NCBI GenBank assembly: GCA_022827245.1
Contig: JAJDTI010000076.1
Location: 13,198 to 77,197 of the forward strand
Reading direction: 5' to 3'
Origin: Pseudomonadales bacterium
Lineage (GTDB): Bacteria > Pseudomonadota > Gammaproteobacteria > Pseudomonadales > Azotimanducaceae
Length of the DNA: 64,000 nt
Shown here: positions 18,872-27,558 of the stretch, one piece after another
Numbering within the stretch: position 1 is the stretch's first letter
Layout: the number at the start of each line of letters is the position of its first letter
The notes under the pieces: generated by a model
The model's input: the letters and a program-made list of their open reading frames with translations, nothing else
Told to the model about the DNA's origin: nothing
Database searches by the model: none
Position numbers and translations under genes: made by a program

Positions 18872-19447
18872 CTACTCCGCCGCCCTCGCAAGGTACACGA
18901 AAGGCGTCTCGAACGTCGCCAGCCGCGGCTGCGCGCGATCCTTGTCGGAGAGCACGACCTCGCCCTCCGGTATCGGCCAGTTGATCCCCAGTGCCTGATC
19001 ATTCCACAGGATGCCGCGATCATGGTCGGGGGCATAGTAGTCGCTTACCTTGTAGACGACCTCGGTGTCAGGCTCGAGCGTCATCAGGCCGTGCGCGAAC
19101 CCCGGCGGCACGAGAATCTGGTTCCATTCCTTGGCGGACAGCGTCGCTGTGACGTGGCGCCCGAACGTCGGCGAACCACCACGCAGGTCAACCGCCACGT
19201 CGAAAACGGACCCCCGGACCACTCTGACCAGCTTAGCCTGCGCGAACGGCGGGGTCTGGAAGTGCAGTCCGCGCATGGTGCCGCGTTCGGCGGAGAGAGA
19301 GTGATTGTCCTGCACGAACTCGATGTCGATACCCACCTCTCCAAATCGCTTCCTGTTGTAGACCTCCGAAAAGAAGCCACGATGGTCCCCATGCCTCACG
19401 AGAGACAGGACCTTCACGTCCGGAATGGAAAGTGACTCTATCCGCAC
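18872..19447 (-). CDS. rfbC: dTDP-4-dehydrorhamnose 3,5-epimerase
   Basis: 'HGDHRGFFSEVY', 'RGLHFQ', 'KLVRVVRGSVFDVAVDLR', 'YKVSDYYAPDHDRGILWND'. 191 aa, GTG start. Confidence 0.92.
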   Translation of the reverse strand: MRIESLSIPDVKVLSLVRHGDHRGFFSEVYNRKRFGEVGIDIEFVQDNHSLSAERGTMRGLHFQTPPFAQAKLVRVVRGSVFDVAVDLRGGSPTFGRHVTATLSAKEWNQILVPPGFAHGLMTLEPDTEVVYKVSDYYAPDHDRGILWNDQALGINWPIPEGEVVLSDKDRAQPRLATFETPFVYLARAAE

Positions 19448-19451
19448 GACG

Positions 19452-20624
19452 TCAAACCCCCCGCTCCGAAGGCCTTGCCAGCGTCATCTCTCCGCGAACG
19501 GCGGCCAAACGCTCGAGTTCATCTTCGAGCTGCCGCATCTTCTCCATCCCGTCGAATTCCCGGCGCGCGGCCGACGCCAGGCCACCGCGCCAGCCGCCGT
19601 CGCCATCACCGAGCACCTTTGGTAACAGCCCCACAACCCGTTCTGCATCGGGCGAGCCCGTGACCGCGTATCCAAGGCGAGCCAGAGTCCCCGCGCTGGC
19701 ACCCGTATTCGTGAACGCTATTGCCCTCTTTCCGAGCAACAGCGCCTCCGCAACGACCAGCGGGTTGGGATCCTCGCGGGAAGTGAGCACGAAGGCGTCG
19801 AGTTGCCGCAGGTATGCGTACGGATTGTCCACCAAGCCGGTTACGTAAAAGTTCGGTAACGCCAGTCGCTCGAACCGCTCGAGGGTCGGGCCGTTGTCTT
19901 CCGTCTCCGGCGGTCTCCAGGGTCCGATCCAAAGGAAGTCCTGGCCGGGTAGTCGTGTCGCGACATCAAAGAAAATGTCGGCGCCCTTCCGGGGTTGCGC
20001 GAGCCCGCACATCCCCACAACGTGCCGCGCGCGTCCATCGCCATCCGCAAGCGGCTCTCCCCTGGCGTTCACACCCGGAGGCACAGCAGCAGTGCTGCGT
20101 TCGAGCACCGTCTCGACGTCGAGGAAAATACCCAGATCCAGGTGGTGGTACACGGAAGTAGTCGTAAGATCCTCGATGTCCTCAATGGCCTGACGAGACG
20201 CACCGATCAGCACGTCCGCCCAACGCAACACACGCGGCGTGCAAACACTCGACAGCAGCCCGGGCAGGCTGTCGCGCATCTCGTGTGTGTGCAACGCAAC
20301 CAGCGCTCCCGCACGGGCTCCCGCCTCACACCATTCTCCCGAGGCGACGGAGTTCACATACAGCACGTCCGGGCGGAGTTCCTCCATGATCGTCATAGCC
20401 CTCTCAACGCGCTCGCGGTAGGTAAGGTCCGACACCAAGTGGCTGGTCTCTAGTGAGCGATAGCCCTCCCGCAGTCTGGCGTACCGGGGAAAGTCGATCA
20501 ACGGGCCATTTCGCTTGACCAGCAGCGTCGTGTCGTGGCGCTCCGCAAAGAACGCCGCGATGTCGAATCCGATTCGCGGCGCGCCAGTCAGACTCGCTTC
20601 ATGACAGACTACGCAGATGCGCAC
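19452..20624 (-). CDS. Glycosyltransferase family 4
   Basis: 390 aa, GTG start. 'SREDPNPLVVAEALLLGKRAIAF' E-x7-E-like region. Confidence 0.75.
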   Translation of the reverse strand: MRICVVCHEASLTGAPRIGFDIAAFFAERHDTTLLVKRNGPLIDFPRYARLREGYRSLETSHLVSDLTYRERVERAMTIMEELRPDVLYVNSVASGEWCEAGARAGALVALHTHEMRDSLPGLLSSVCTPRVLRWADVLIGASRQAIEDIEDLTTTSVYHHLDLGIFLDVETVLERSTAAVPPGVNARGEPLADGDGRARHVVGMCGLAQPRKGADIFFDVATRLPGQDFLWIGPWRPPETEDNGPTLERFERLALPNFYVTGLVDNPYAYLRQLDAFVLTSREDPNPLVVAEALLLGKRAIAFTNTGASAGTLARLGYAVTGSPDAERVVGLLPKVLGDGDGGWRGGLASAARREFDGMEKMRQLEDELERLAAVRGEMTLARPSERGV

Positions 20625-20639
20625 AACCAGGCTCCGTCG

Positions 20640-23600
20640 CTACCGCCACTCGAAGCGGTAGCCCATGTCTCGAGCTACGGCGCCGAACACGCGCTCGAAA
20701 GCGTGGGCCCACGCACCATCGGGATTGCCCTCTGCCGTGACCGCGTCGCTGCGTTCGAACGCGACGCCCTCCGCGGCGTCGAAGACGCGGCCGAGCAGAT
20801 CGCCACGGAGGAGCATCATCGTACCCGACAGAAACTCCACATCGTCCGCACACTCAACGATGCCGAACTTGCTCAGAAGGGCATCGTACTTGTCACGATT
20901 GGCGTTGATCTCCGTGTACCGGCACTGCGCGGAACCGACAATGCCGACCGTCTGATCCTCGAGCATGATCCGCAGGTTATCGGCTGCGCACTCCTGTGTC
21001 CCCAGAAGCGGCTCGAGCAGTCTGCGACGCCACCGCTGCACTTCGCCCTCGGCCATGTGCGGGCTCTTCTTCGTATGAACGAGGCAGAAGACCCGATAGT
21101 CCGCGGTCCGCAGGTGGCGCAGTAGATGGAAGTGTCCCCCGACGTCCCGACCGATGTTCTCACTGATGTAGACGCGCGCCTCCGGAAACACATTGCGAAT
21201 ACGCCCGAGCAGTTCCGGGTCGAACGTCTCGTCCACCAGATTGACGTAGAGGTCGTAACTGTCGCGCGACAGATTCCCGAGATAGCCGGCCAACTCGTCC
21301 CACAGCTCCGGGTAGTACACGTGCGCCAGCACGCACAGCGGCGGCCGCGTCCCTTCCGCCGAGGCGGCAAGCTCAGCGTTCGCTTCGTTCTCCGCGCGGG
21401 CTTCCGCGGGATCCGTCCGCAACGTGTGCAGACGCGGCTCGAAGCGCCCGTGGCACATGTAGTGGCGCAGCGCCTCGAGCGGAGACTGTTCGGCCAGATA
21501 GCGAAGGTCCGGATACAGCCGGATGTACTCCGAGGCATCGAAGTCCAGCGGGATCTCCCGCGGATTCTGGCAAAGCTCGAACGCGAAGGCTGCCCTCGAA
21601 CCAGCTCGCTCTCCGTTTCCCGGGCAAAGCAACGCGAGTTCGCGGTCGCTTAGTCCGGCCAGTTCAGGGTACATGACGCGGGAGAACCCGGCATCGAAGG
21701 CATGCGCTTCTTCCGCGGCCAGGTCGAGTCGGTGCAGCCCCTCGATGACCGGATCGACTTCACCCGCTTTCAGGTCGACCGGCCATCGTCCCTCTATCGC
21801 CCCGTGTTGCAGGTAGTGCGCCAGCGGATCTATGCCCGCAGTCCGGATGTCCGGATAGGTCGCCAAGTACCAGTCGGGGTCGAACAGGATGGGGACATCT
21901 GTCCCATTCACGCGCGCTTCGTAGTTGAGGTCCGCGAGGTCGAGCCACCCCGACGGCATGTATCTCGCCGGTGCTGGACGCTCGGCGGAACGCGCGAGCG
22001 GGCCCAGGAATGCAAACGAGCCCAAGGCGGTGCGTTTCAGCCGTGCCCGAGCCGACCGAGGCAACGGCAACAGCCGCCACCCAACCCGCAGAGTCCCTCG
22101 CGCCACCGAGGTGATACCCCGGGCCACGGCGCGTCCGGCTCCGAGGAGCAGCGCCTTCCCCAAGCGCAGAGGCGTCGTCAATCGCCATGAACTCGAGCGG
22201 TAAACTGCGGCCAGCTCCTGATCCCGCCGGTCGACCACCTCGTGCAGGCCATCGATCTGGTTCTGCCTTCCCTCGGCCGTCTGGCGCAGCGCATCGCGTT
22301 CCTCGACCGCGACCATGAGTGTCTCGATCTGCCCGTCGCGATCCGTCGCCTGCCGATCCAGCGCATCGATACGCCCGTCGCGATCGGCCAGCGCATCCTT
22401 CAGTGCCGTGATCTCGCCGTCGCGGCCGGCAATCTCGCGATCACGATCCGCCACCTGGAGATCGAGCGCATCGATCCGCCCGTCCCGGTCCGCGAGCGCT
22501 TCTTTCATTGCCGCGATCTCGCCGTCGCGGCCGGCCATCTCGCGATCGCGATCAGCCGCCTGCCGGTCCAGCGCATCGATACGTCCATCCCGGTCCGCCA
22601 GCGCATCCTTCAACGCCGTGATCTCGCCGTCGTGGCCGGCCACCACGTGTTGCAGGGCGTCGATCTCTCGATCTCGATCCGAGAGGGTGGTGCCGAGCCG
22701 GTCCAGTTCGCGGTCCTTCGCCTGCACCACACCGTCAAGCTGTGCGGCGTGGTCGTCGCGATCCTCCACCGCTCGGTTCAGGGAGTCTATCTGGCGTTCG
22801 CGATCAGCGACAACGCCCCGTAGCGTCTCGATCTCGCGACCGCGGTCAGCGGTCTGCCGATCAAGCGCATCGATGCGTCCGTCCCGATCCGCGAGCGCCT
22901 CCTTCAATGCCGTGATCTCGCCGTCGCGGCCGCCCACCACGTGCTGCAGCGCATCGATCTCCCGATCTCGATCCGAGACGGTGGTACCGAGCCTGTCCAG
23001 TTCCTGGTCTTTCACCTGCACCACACCGTCAAGGTAGGCGACGTTTTCGTCACGGTCCCCGATTGCCCGGTTCAGCGAGTCGATCTGCCCTTCGCGGTCA
23101 GCGACAACCTCGTGCAACGCGCGGACTTCCCTCTCGAGGTCGCGGTTTCGCTGACCCGCACGCATGCCCGTGACCAGTGGGCGGGCGAAAGCCCCACCGG
23201 CCTCGTCGAAGGCGGACCGCACGGCATCGAGCGCCACCCTGTCCGACTCCCGGACCTCGCCGTGGGTCCAGCGGTCAACGATCTCGAAGGTGGACGTGAC
23301 CCACTCGGACACGTCGGGACGCTCCAGGACAGCCGCGTCATCGGCGATCTGGTGTCGCGCGGACGGCTCCAGACGCTCCTCGATCTCGACGCGCGCCGAA
23401 GTCGACTGCCGCGGCCACGACAGCGCCAGGTCCCGGGCAACCGCCCCGGCCACGGCCTCCCAGTCCCGCAGGAGATCCTCGAAACGCACGAAGCTCCGCC
23501 CATGGTCGCGCGACGCCGCTTCGGCGTCGAGGACATGGCGCAGCCAGAGCAGCAGTCCCACCGACGGATCGATGGCATCCCGATCCTGCAACGAGCCGGC

Positions 23601-24035
23601 AACCTCCAACGGGTTGCGGATCGGCAACGCGACGCGGACATCGGCTCCGAAATCAGCCAGGACACTTGTCCAGAAAGGGAGCAGCCTGGCGATCCGGGGA
23701 TCCTTCAGGACAAACAGCGGCTCGCCTTCGAACTCCGCTTCGAGCACCGAGACCGCTCGCTCGCGGAAGTCGCCGGCGACCGGCGACGCGTACCAGCCCG
23801 GGTTGAAGGGTTCCCAATCGTCCCAACTCGACCCGGCCGACTCCAGCAACGCGTCGTTGAGGGAGGCGACCTCCTCCGACTCCCAGTACCCGGAGACGTT
23901 GTACTCGTTTGCGGGCATGAGGGTCTTCGGCAGTCCGCAGCCCAGGCTACCCAGCACTCGAGTGAGCGCCGACGTGCCGCTCCGGTGCATGCCGGCAACG
24001 ACTATGGCTACGCTGTCCAAGTCTCGACCATCCAA
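20640..24035 (-). CDS. Three-part fusion protein: N-terminal sulfotransferase domain, repeat-built coiled coil, C-terminal RgpF (rhamnan synthesis F)-like glycosyltransferase domain
   Basis: 1131 aa; the start is a TTG and is uncertain. N-terminus: 'VAIVVAGMHRSGTSALT' (5'-PSB) and 'PIRNPLEVAGS' (3'-PB). Middle: about 310 aa of DRDxxIxxL heptad repeats ending in 'SSSWRLTTPLR'. Then three 'YPD...PL.HY..HG..EGR' repeats. C-terminus: 'LCVLAHVYYPELW..SENIGRDVGGHFHLL..CLVHTKKSPH..WRRRLLEPLLG'. Confidence 0.75.
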   Translation of the reverse strand: MDGRDLDSVAIVVAGMHRSGTSALTRVLGSLGCGLPKTLMPANEYNVSGYWESEEVASLNDALLESAGSSWDDWEPFNPGWYASPVAGDFRERAVSVLEAEFEGEPLFVLKDPRIARLLPFWTSVLADFGADVRVALPIRNPLEVAGSLQDRDAIDPSVGLLLWLRHVLDAEAASRDHGRSFVRFEDLLRDWEAVAGAVARDLALSWPRQSTSARVEIEERLEPSARHQIADDAAVLERPDVSEWVTSTFEIVDRWTHGEVRESDRVALDAVRSAFDEAGGAFARPLVTGMRAGQRNRDLEREVRALHEVVADREGQIDSLNRAIGDRDENVAYLDGVVQVKDQELDRLGTTVSDRDREIDALQHVVGGRDGEITALKEALADRDGRIDALDRQTADRGREIETLRGVVADRERQIDSLNRAVEDRDDHAAQLDGVVQAKDRELDRLGTTLSDRDREIDALQHVVAGHDGEITALKDALADRDGRIDALDRQAADRDREMAGRDGEIAAMKEALADRDGRIDALDLQVADRDREIAGRDGEITALKDALADRDGRIDALDRQATDRDGQIETLMVAVEERDALRQTAEGRQNQIDGLHEVVDRRDQELAAVYRSSSWRLTTPLRLGKALLLGAGRAVARGITSVARGTLRVGWRLLPLPRSARARLKRTALGSFAFLGPLARSAERPAPARYMPSGWLDLADLNYEARVNGTDVPILFDPDWYLATYPDIRTAGIDPLAHYLQHGAIEGRWPVDLKAGEVDPVIEGLHRLDLAAEEAHAFDAGFSRVMYPELAGLSDRELALLCPGNGERAGSRAAFAFELCQNPREIPLDFDASEYIRLYPDLRYLAEQSPLEALRHYMCHGRFEPRLHTLRTDPAEARAENEANAELAASAEGTRPPLCVLAHVYYPELWDELAGYLGNLSRDSYDLYVNLVDETFDPELLGRIRNVFPEARVYISENIGRDVGGHFHLLRHLRTADYRVFCLVHTKKSPHMAEGEVQRWRRRLLEPLLGTQECAADNLRIMLEDQTVGIVGSAQCRYTEINANRDKYDALLSKFGIVECADDVEFLSGTMMLLRGDLLGRVFDAAEGVAFERSDAVTAEGNPDGAWAHAFERVFGAVARDMGYRFEWR
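22350..23147 (-). repeat. In-frame tandem repeats inside 20640..24035: 3 x 105 bp (35 aa) and 2 x 294 bp (98 aa)
   Basis: Unit starts were read at 22350, 22455 and 22560 (105-bp period) and at 22560 and 22854 (294-bp period). The 105-bp unit recurs inside each 294-bp unit. More degenerate copies flank the array down to about 22240. Confidence 0.9.
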
Positions 24036-24062
24036 CTCTGCCAGCGACCCGCAGGCGCGGGC

Positions 24063-24701
24063 CTATACCGGCCCTCCTTCGAGACGGAAGCTCGTCGTCA
24101 CGTAATCGACGAGCTGCGTGACGCAGCACTCGACATCACTCTTTGTCGTGTCGATCACGAGTGAGGGCTTCTCCGGCGGCTCGTAGACGTCGTCCACCGC
24201 CGTAAAGTTCGCGATCTCCCCGGCCCGGGCCTTGCGGTAAAGCCCCTTGGGGTCACGCTGCTCGCAGGTGGCCAGGTCGGCCCGCACGTAGACCTCGTGG
24301 AAGCGTCCGGGGGCCGCGTCCCGGGCAGCGGCGCGATCTGCCCGGTATGGAGAGATGAAGGCGGCGATGCACAGGAAACCGGCATAGGCGAACAACGCCG
24401 CCACCTCGCCCGCGCGGCGGATGTTCTCGCCACGGTCCTTCCGTGAAAACCCGAGGTCTGCGTTCAGTCCGTAACGCACGTTGTCGCCGTCGAGCACATA
24501 AACCTGCACACCGTCGCGAAACAGGCGCTCCTCCAAGGCGAATGCGAGCGTGGACTTGCCCGCGCCCGAGAGGCCCGTCAACCACAGCACACCTCCCAGA
24601 TGGGCGTTCCTGCGTTCCCGATCACAGAGCGTGATCCGGTGCTCCACGGGAGCGATGTTGCGTGGGTCCATGGGCGGCGGGCGTGCGGCAAGGCCGCGCA
24701 T
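24063..24701 (-). CDS. cysC: Adenylyl-sulfate (APS) kinase, stand-alone
   Basis: 'LWLTGLSGAGKSTLA', 'LDGDNVRYGLNADLGFS', 'AFISPYRADR', 'RDPKGLYRKARAGEIANFT'. An alternative ATG lies at 24671. Sits 27 bp upstream of the 1131-aa gene. Confidence 0.9.
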   Translation of the reverse strand: MRGLAARPPPMDPRNIAPVEHRITLCDRERRNAHLGGVLWLTGLSGAGKSTLAFALEERLFRDGVQVYVLDGDNVRYGLNADLGFSRKDRGENIRRAGEVAALFAYAGFLCIAAFISPYRADRAAARDAAPGRFHEVYVRADLATCEQRDPKGLYRKARAGEIANFTAVDDVYEPPEKPSLVIDTTKSDVECCVTQLVDYVTTSFRLEGGPV

Positions 24702-24749
24702 CTTGCGGTTTGGGCCCGGAGATTGTCAATCGCCCGAGCGCGCGCCGCG

Positions 24750-25271
24750 TCAACTCGGCCGGAACTCCGCGTCGAGGTCGTGGTCGTCGCAGAAGTAGAA
24801 GAAGGCGTCGCGCAGCTCCGCGATCCGCACGTCCGGCGGCAGTTCGACCTCCATGACGAGCGAGAAGATGGGCGTGCCCGTGTGCGCGGCGCGTTCGCTC
24901 ACCGTGTCGAGGTTGTAGATGTTGATGTCGCGCGAAGAGAAGAAGCTCGCCACCCGGTGCACGATGCCGGGGTGGTCCATCGCCGTCACGCTGACGGTGT
25001 AGGGCACGCGGCCCTCGACGTCCGTGCGCTCCCCGGTGCGGCGCAGGAGCCACGCCAGCTCCTTGTCCTCGGCGAGGCGCTCGAGCTTGGTCTCGAGGCG
25101 CCCGAGGGCGAGGTCCCCACCCGCGACGCTCATCAGCACGGCGAACTCGCCGCCGAGGACGGTCATGCGGCTGTCCTCGATGGAGAGGTTGAGGTCGGCG
25201 GCCAGCTTCGCGAGATCGTTCACGAGGCCCGGACGGTCGTGGCCGATGACCGATATGACGACCCGGCTCAT
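24750..25271 (-). CDS. gcvR: Glycine cleavage system transcriptional repressor-like protein (tandem ACT domains)
   Basis: ATG at 25271 ([17 protein letters not shown]...), with a second ACT at '[14 protein letters not shown]'. 173 aa. ATGA overlap with the glyQS stop. Confidence 0.65.
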   Translation of the reverse strand: MSRVVISVIGHDRPGLVNDLAKLAADLNLSIEDSRMTVLGGEFAVLMSVAGGDLALGRLETKLERLAEDKELAWLLRRTGERTDVEGRVPYTVSVTAMDHPGIVHRVASFFSSRDINIYNLDTVSERAAHTGTPIFSLVMEVELPPDVRIAELRDAFFYFCDDHDLDAEFRPS

Positions 25272-26644
25272 GCCGTCGCCCCCTCCGCCAGGGACTCGCG
25301 GACGTAGGCCGGGAGGTCGGCGACGGCAACGCGGGTCTGCTCCATGGAGTCGCGGTCCCGCACGGTGACGGTGTCGTCCTCCTCTATCGTCTGGAAGTCC
25401 ACGGTCAGGCACAGTGGCGTGCCCACCTCGTCGTGGCGGCGGTAGCCCTTGCCGATGTTGCCCGTGTCCTCGTAGAGCACGCGGCCGAACCCGAGGGCCT
25501 GGAGGTCCTTCCGGATCGCGCGCGCCTTGGCGACGATACCCTCGTGGTTGCGCTTCAGCGGCAGGACAGCGACCTTGACCGGCGCCAGGTGGGCTTTCAG
25601 TCCGAGCACGGTGCGGGTGGAGCCGTTGTCCAGTTCCTCCACCCGGTACGCTTCGTTCAGCACGGCGAGCACGCCCCGGTCGACGCCGGCCGACGGCTCG
25701 ATGACGTACGGGACCCGCCAGGCGCCGGCGTCAAGATCCCTGATGGCCAGCCGGGCGTTCGAGTCGGGGTTCTGCTGGACCGACGCGTCGATGGCGAGTT
25801 TGTCCTGGTCCTTCGTGTGGGACCCGAGGTCAAAGTCCGTGCGGTTGGCGATCCCCTCCAGTTCCTCCACCCCGTGCGGGAACCGGTACATCACGTCGAA
25901 GGTCGCCTTCGAGTAGTGCGCGAGTTCCTCGGGCGGGACCCGGTAGAGTTCGAGGCGGTTGGGGTCGATCCCCTGCCGATGCCACCAGTCCAGCCGCTCC
26001 TGTACCCAGGTCTCGTGCCACGCCTCGTCCGTGCCCGGTTCCACGAAGAACTCGAGTTCCATCTGTTCGAACTCGCGCACGCGGAAGATGAAGTTCCGCG
26101 GCGTGATCTCGTTCCGGAAGGCCTTGCCGATCTGCGCGATGCCGAACGGCAGGCGCCGGGAGGTGGAATCCAGCACGTGCTTGAAGTTGGTGAAGATGGA
26201 CTGCGCGGTTTCCGGGCGCAGGTACGCCGTCGACGACGCGTCCTCCACGGGGCCCACCTGCGTCCGGAACATGAGGTTGAAGGGCCTCGGCTCCGTCAGG
26301 TCCTGCGAGCCGCATTTCGGACAGCGCCCATCCTCCACGTGGTCGGCGCGCCAGCGTGAGCGGCACTGTCGACAGTCCACCATGGGATCGGTGAACGTGG
26401 CCTCGTGACCCGAGTACTGCAGCACCTTCCGGTTGGTCAGGATCGCCGAGTCGAGGCCCTCGACGTCGTCCCGTTCGTAGACCATCGCCCGCCACCAGGC
26501 GGCCTTCAGGTTGTTCTTGAGCTCCACGCCCAGGGGCCCGTAATCGTAGACGCCCTGCAGCCCGCCGTAGAGATCGCTCGCCTGGAACACGAACCCTCGG
26601 CGCTTGCACAGGGCGACGAGTTCGTCCATCGATCGTGCGGGCAC
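25268..26644 (-). CDS. glyQS: Glycine--tRNA ligase, homodimeric (alpha2) type
   Basis: 458 aa. '[30 protein letters not shown]', '[11 protein letters not shown]', '[28 protein letters not shown]'. Confidence 0.92.
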   Translation of the reverse strand: MPARSMDELVALCKRRGFVFQASDLYGGLQGVYDYGPLGVELKNNLKAAWWRAMVYERDDVEGLDSAILTNRKVLQYSGHEATFTDPMVDCRQCRSRWRADHVEDGRCPKCGSQDLTEPRPFNLMFRTQVGPVEDASSTAYLRPETAQSIFTNFKHVLDSTSRRLPFGIAQIGKAFRNEITPRNFIFRVREFEQMELEFFVEPGTDEAWHETWVQERLDWWHRQGIDPNRLELYRVPPEELAHYSKATFDVMYRFPHGVEELEGIANRTDFDLGSHTKDQDKLAIDASVQQNPDSNARLAIRDLDAGAWRVPYVIEPSAGVDRGVLAVLNEAYRVEELDNGSTRTVLGLKAHLAPVKVAVLPLKRNHEGIVAKARAIRKDLQALGFGRVLYEDTGNIGKGYRRHDEVGTPLCLTVDFQTIEEDDTVTVRDRDSMEQTRVAVADLPAYVRESLAEGATA

Positions 26645-26685
26645 GTGAGGTCTCCCGGGGCGTGGCGCGGTGCGGAAGCGGCGGG

Positions 26686-26714
26686 ACTATACAGCAAGCG
26701 GCGAAGTTTAGGCA
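26686..26714 (-). promoter_or_regulatory. Candidate sigma70 promoter for glyQS-gcvR (TGCCTA-N17-TATAGT on the minus strand)
   Basis: -10 'TATAGT' is the complement of 26686..26691; -35 'TGCCTA' is the complement of 26709..26714; the spacer is 17 nt. About 40 nt upstream of the glyQS ATG. Pattern match only. Confidence 0.3.
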
Positions 26715-26808
26715 TCGGCGCGAAACGTGCTTCCCGGACGCCCTTCCGCCCGGCCGATTTCGCGCAATAATGGTGTCGGGATGGCTCGGGAACCGACGGG
26801 GGCGCGAC

Positions 26809-27558
26809 ATGGCGGGAACCAGGTGGTGGACGAAGACCCTCTTCTACGGCGGCTTCGCCGCGGGTGCGCTGCTGGTCGTCGGCGCCCTCGGGAGCCGCGC
26901 CGAGCTATGGCCCTTCAACGTCGGCTTCCTCGTGGCGGCAGCCGGGATCGCCGTCGCCGCCGTGGTCACGTTGTGGGGGCTCGGAGGGCTGGTCGTGGTG
27001 GTCCGCCGGGCGTTGCGCCCGGAACTGCCCGCACTGCTGGCAGCCTTGGCGGTAAGCCTCGTGGTGCTCGGCGCATTCGCCCTGCAGCTCGTACGGCTCT
27101 ATTCCGTCCCGCCGATCTACCAGGTCACGACCGACATCGACGATCCCCCCGCGTTCGACGCCGTCGTCGAACTGCGCCCCGCGGGCTCCAATCCGCATGA
27201 CTACGACCCGGCTCAGCCGATACTCGAGACCACGCTGGCCGAGGCGCAGCGCGCGGCGTGGCCCGAGCTCACGAGCCTGCACACACCCCTCGACCCCGAT
27301 GCCGCGCTCGACCGCGCCGTCGCCGTCATCGAGCGCATGGGCATGGCCATCGTAAACGTGGACGCGGAGGCCGGCATCGTGGAGGCCACGGACACGACAC
27401 CCTGGTTCGGTTTCGAGGACGATGTCGTCGTCCGCGTGCGCGGGGACGGAGAAGGCGCGGTGGTCGACGCGCGGTCCGTGTCCCGGGTCGGTGTCAGCGA
27501 CCTCGGGGCGAACGCGCGGCGGGTGCTGCGGTTTCTGGAACGGTTCGGCGAGGCCTAG
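26809..27558 (+). CDS. DUF1499-like membrane-anchored protein
   Basis: ATG at 26809 (alternative in-frame ATG at 26770) inside track ORF 26635..27558. Several N-terminal TM helices, then 'DIDDPPAF...PWFGFEDDVVVRV...DARSVSRVGVSDLGANARRV', which resembles DUF1499. Confidence 0.6.
   Translation: MAGTRWWTKTLFYGGFAAGALLVVGALGSRAELWPFNVGFLVAAAGIAVAAVVTLWGLGGLVVVVRRALRPELPALLAALAVSLVVLGAFALQLVRLYSVPPIYQVTTDIDDPPAFDAVVELRPAGSNPHDYDPAQPILETTLAEAQRAAWPELTSLHTPLDPDAALDRAVAVIERMGMAIVNVDAEAGIVEATDTTPWFGFEDDVVVRVRGDGEGAVVDARSVSRVGVSDLGANARRVLRFLERFGEA

Noticed and set aside
22315-23037. Plus-strand 240-aa ORF with 'SRSASASF / ISPSRPA' repeats
   Set aside because: It is the antisense reading of the coiled-coil repeats. 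Its repetitiveness simply mirrors the minus-strand repeats, and it has no start context or motif of its own.
22240-23150. Possible CRISPR array or non-coding satellite
   Set aside because: The repeats are contiguous with no unique spacers. Their periods (105 and 294 bp) are multiples of 3, and they lie in-frame within a 1131-codon ORF encoding heptad repeats.
26645-26808. Glycine riboswitch or T-box leader upstream of glyQS
   Set aside because: With the candidate promoter the leader would be only about 40 nt. I could not see the conserved riboswitch core elements. A cmscan run would be needed to exclude it formally.
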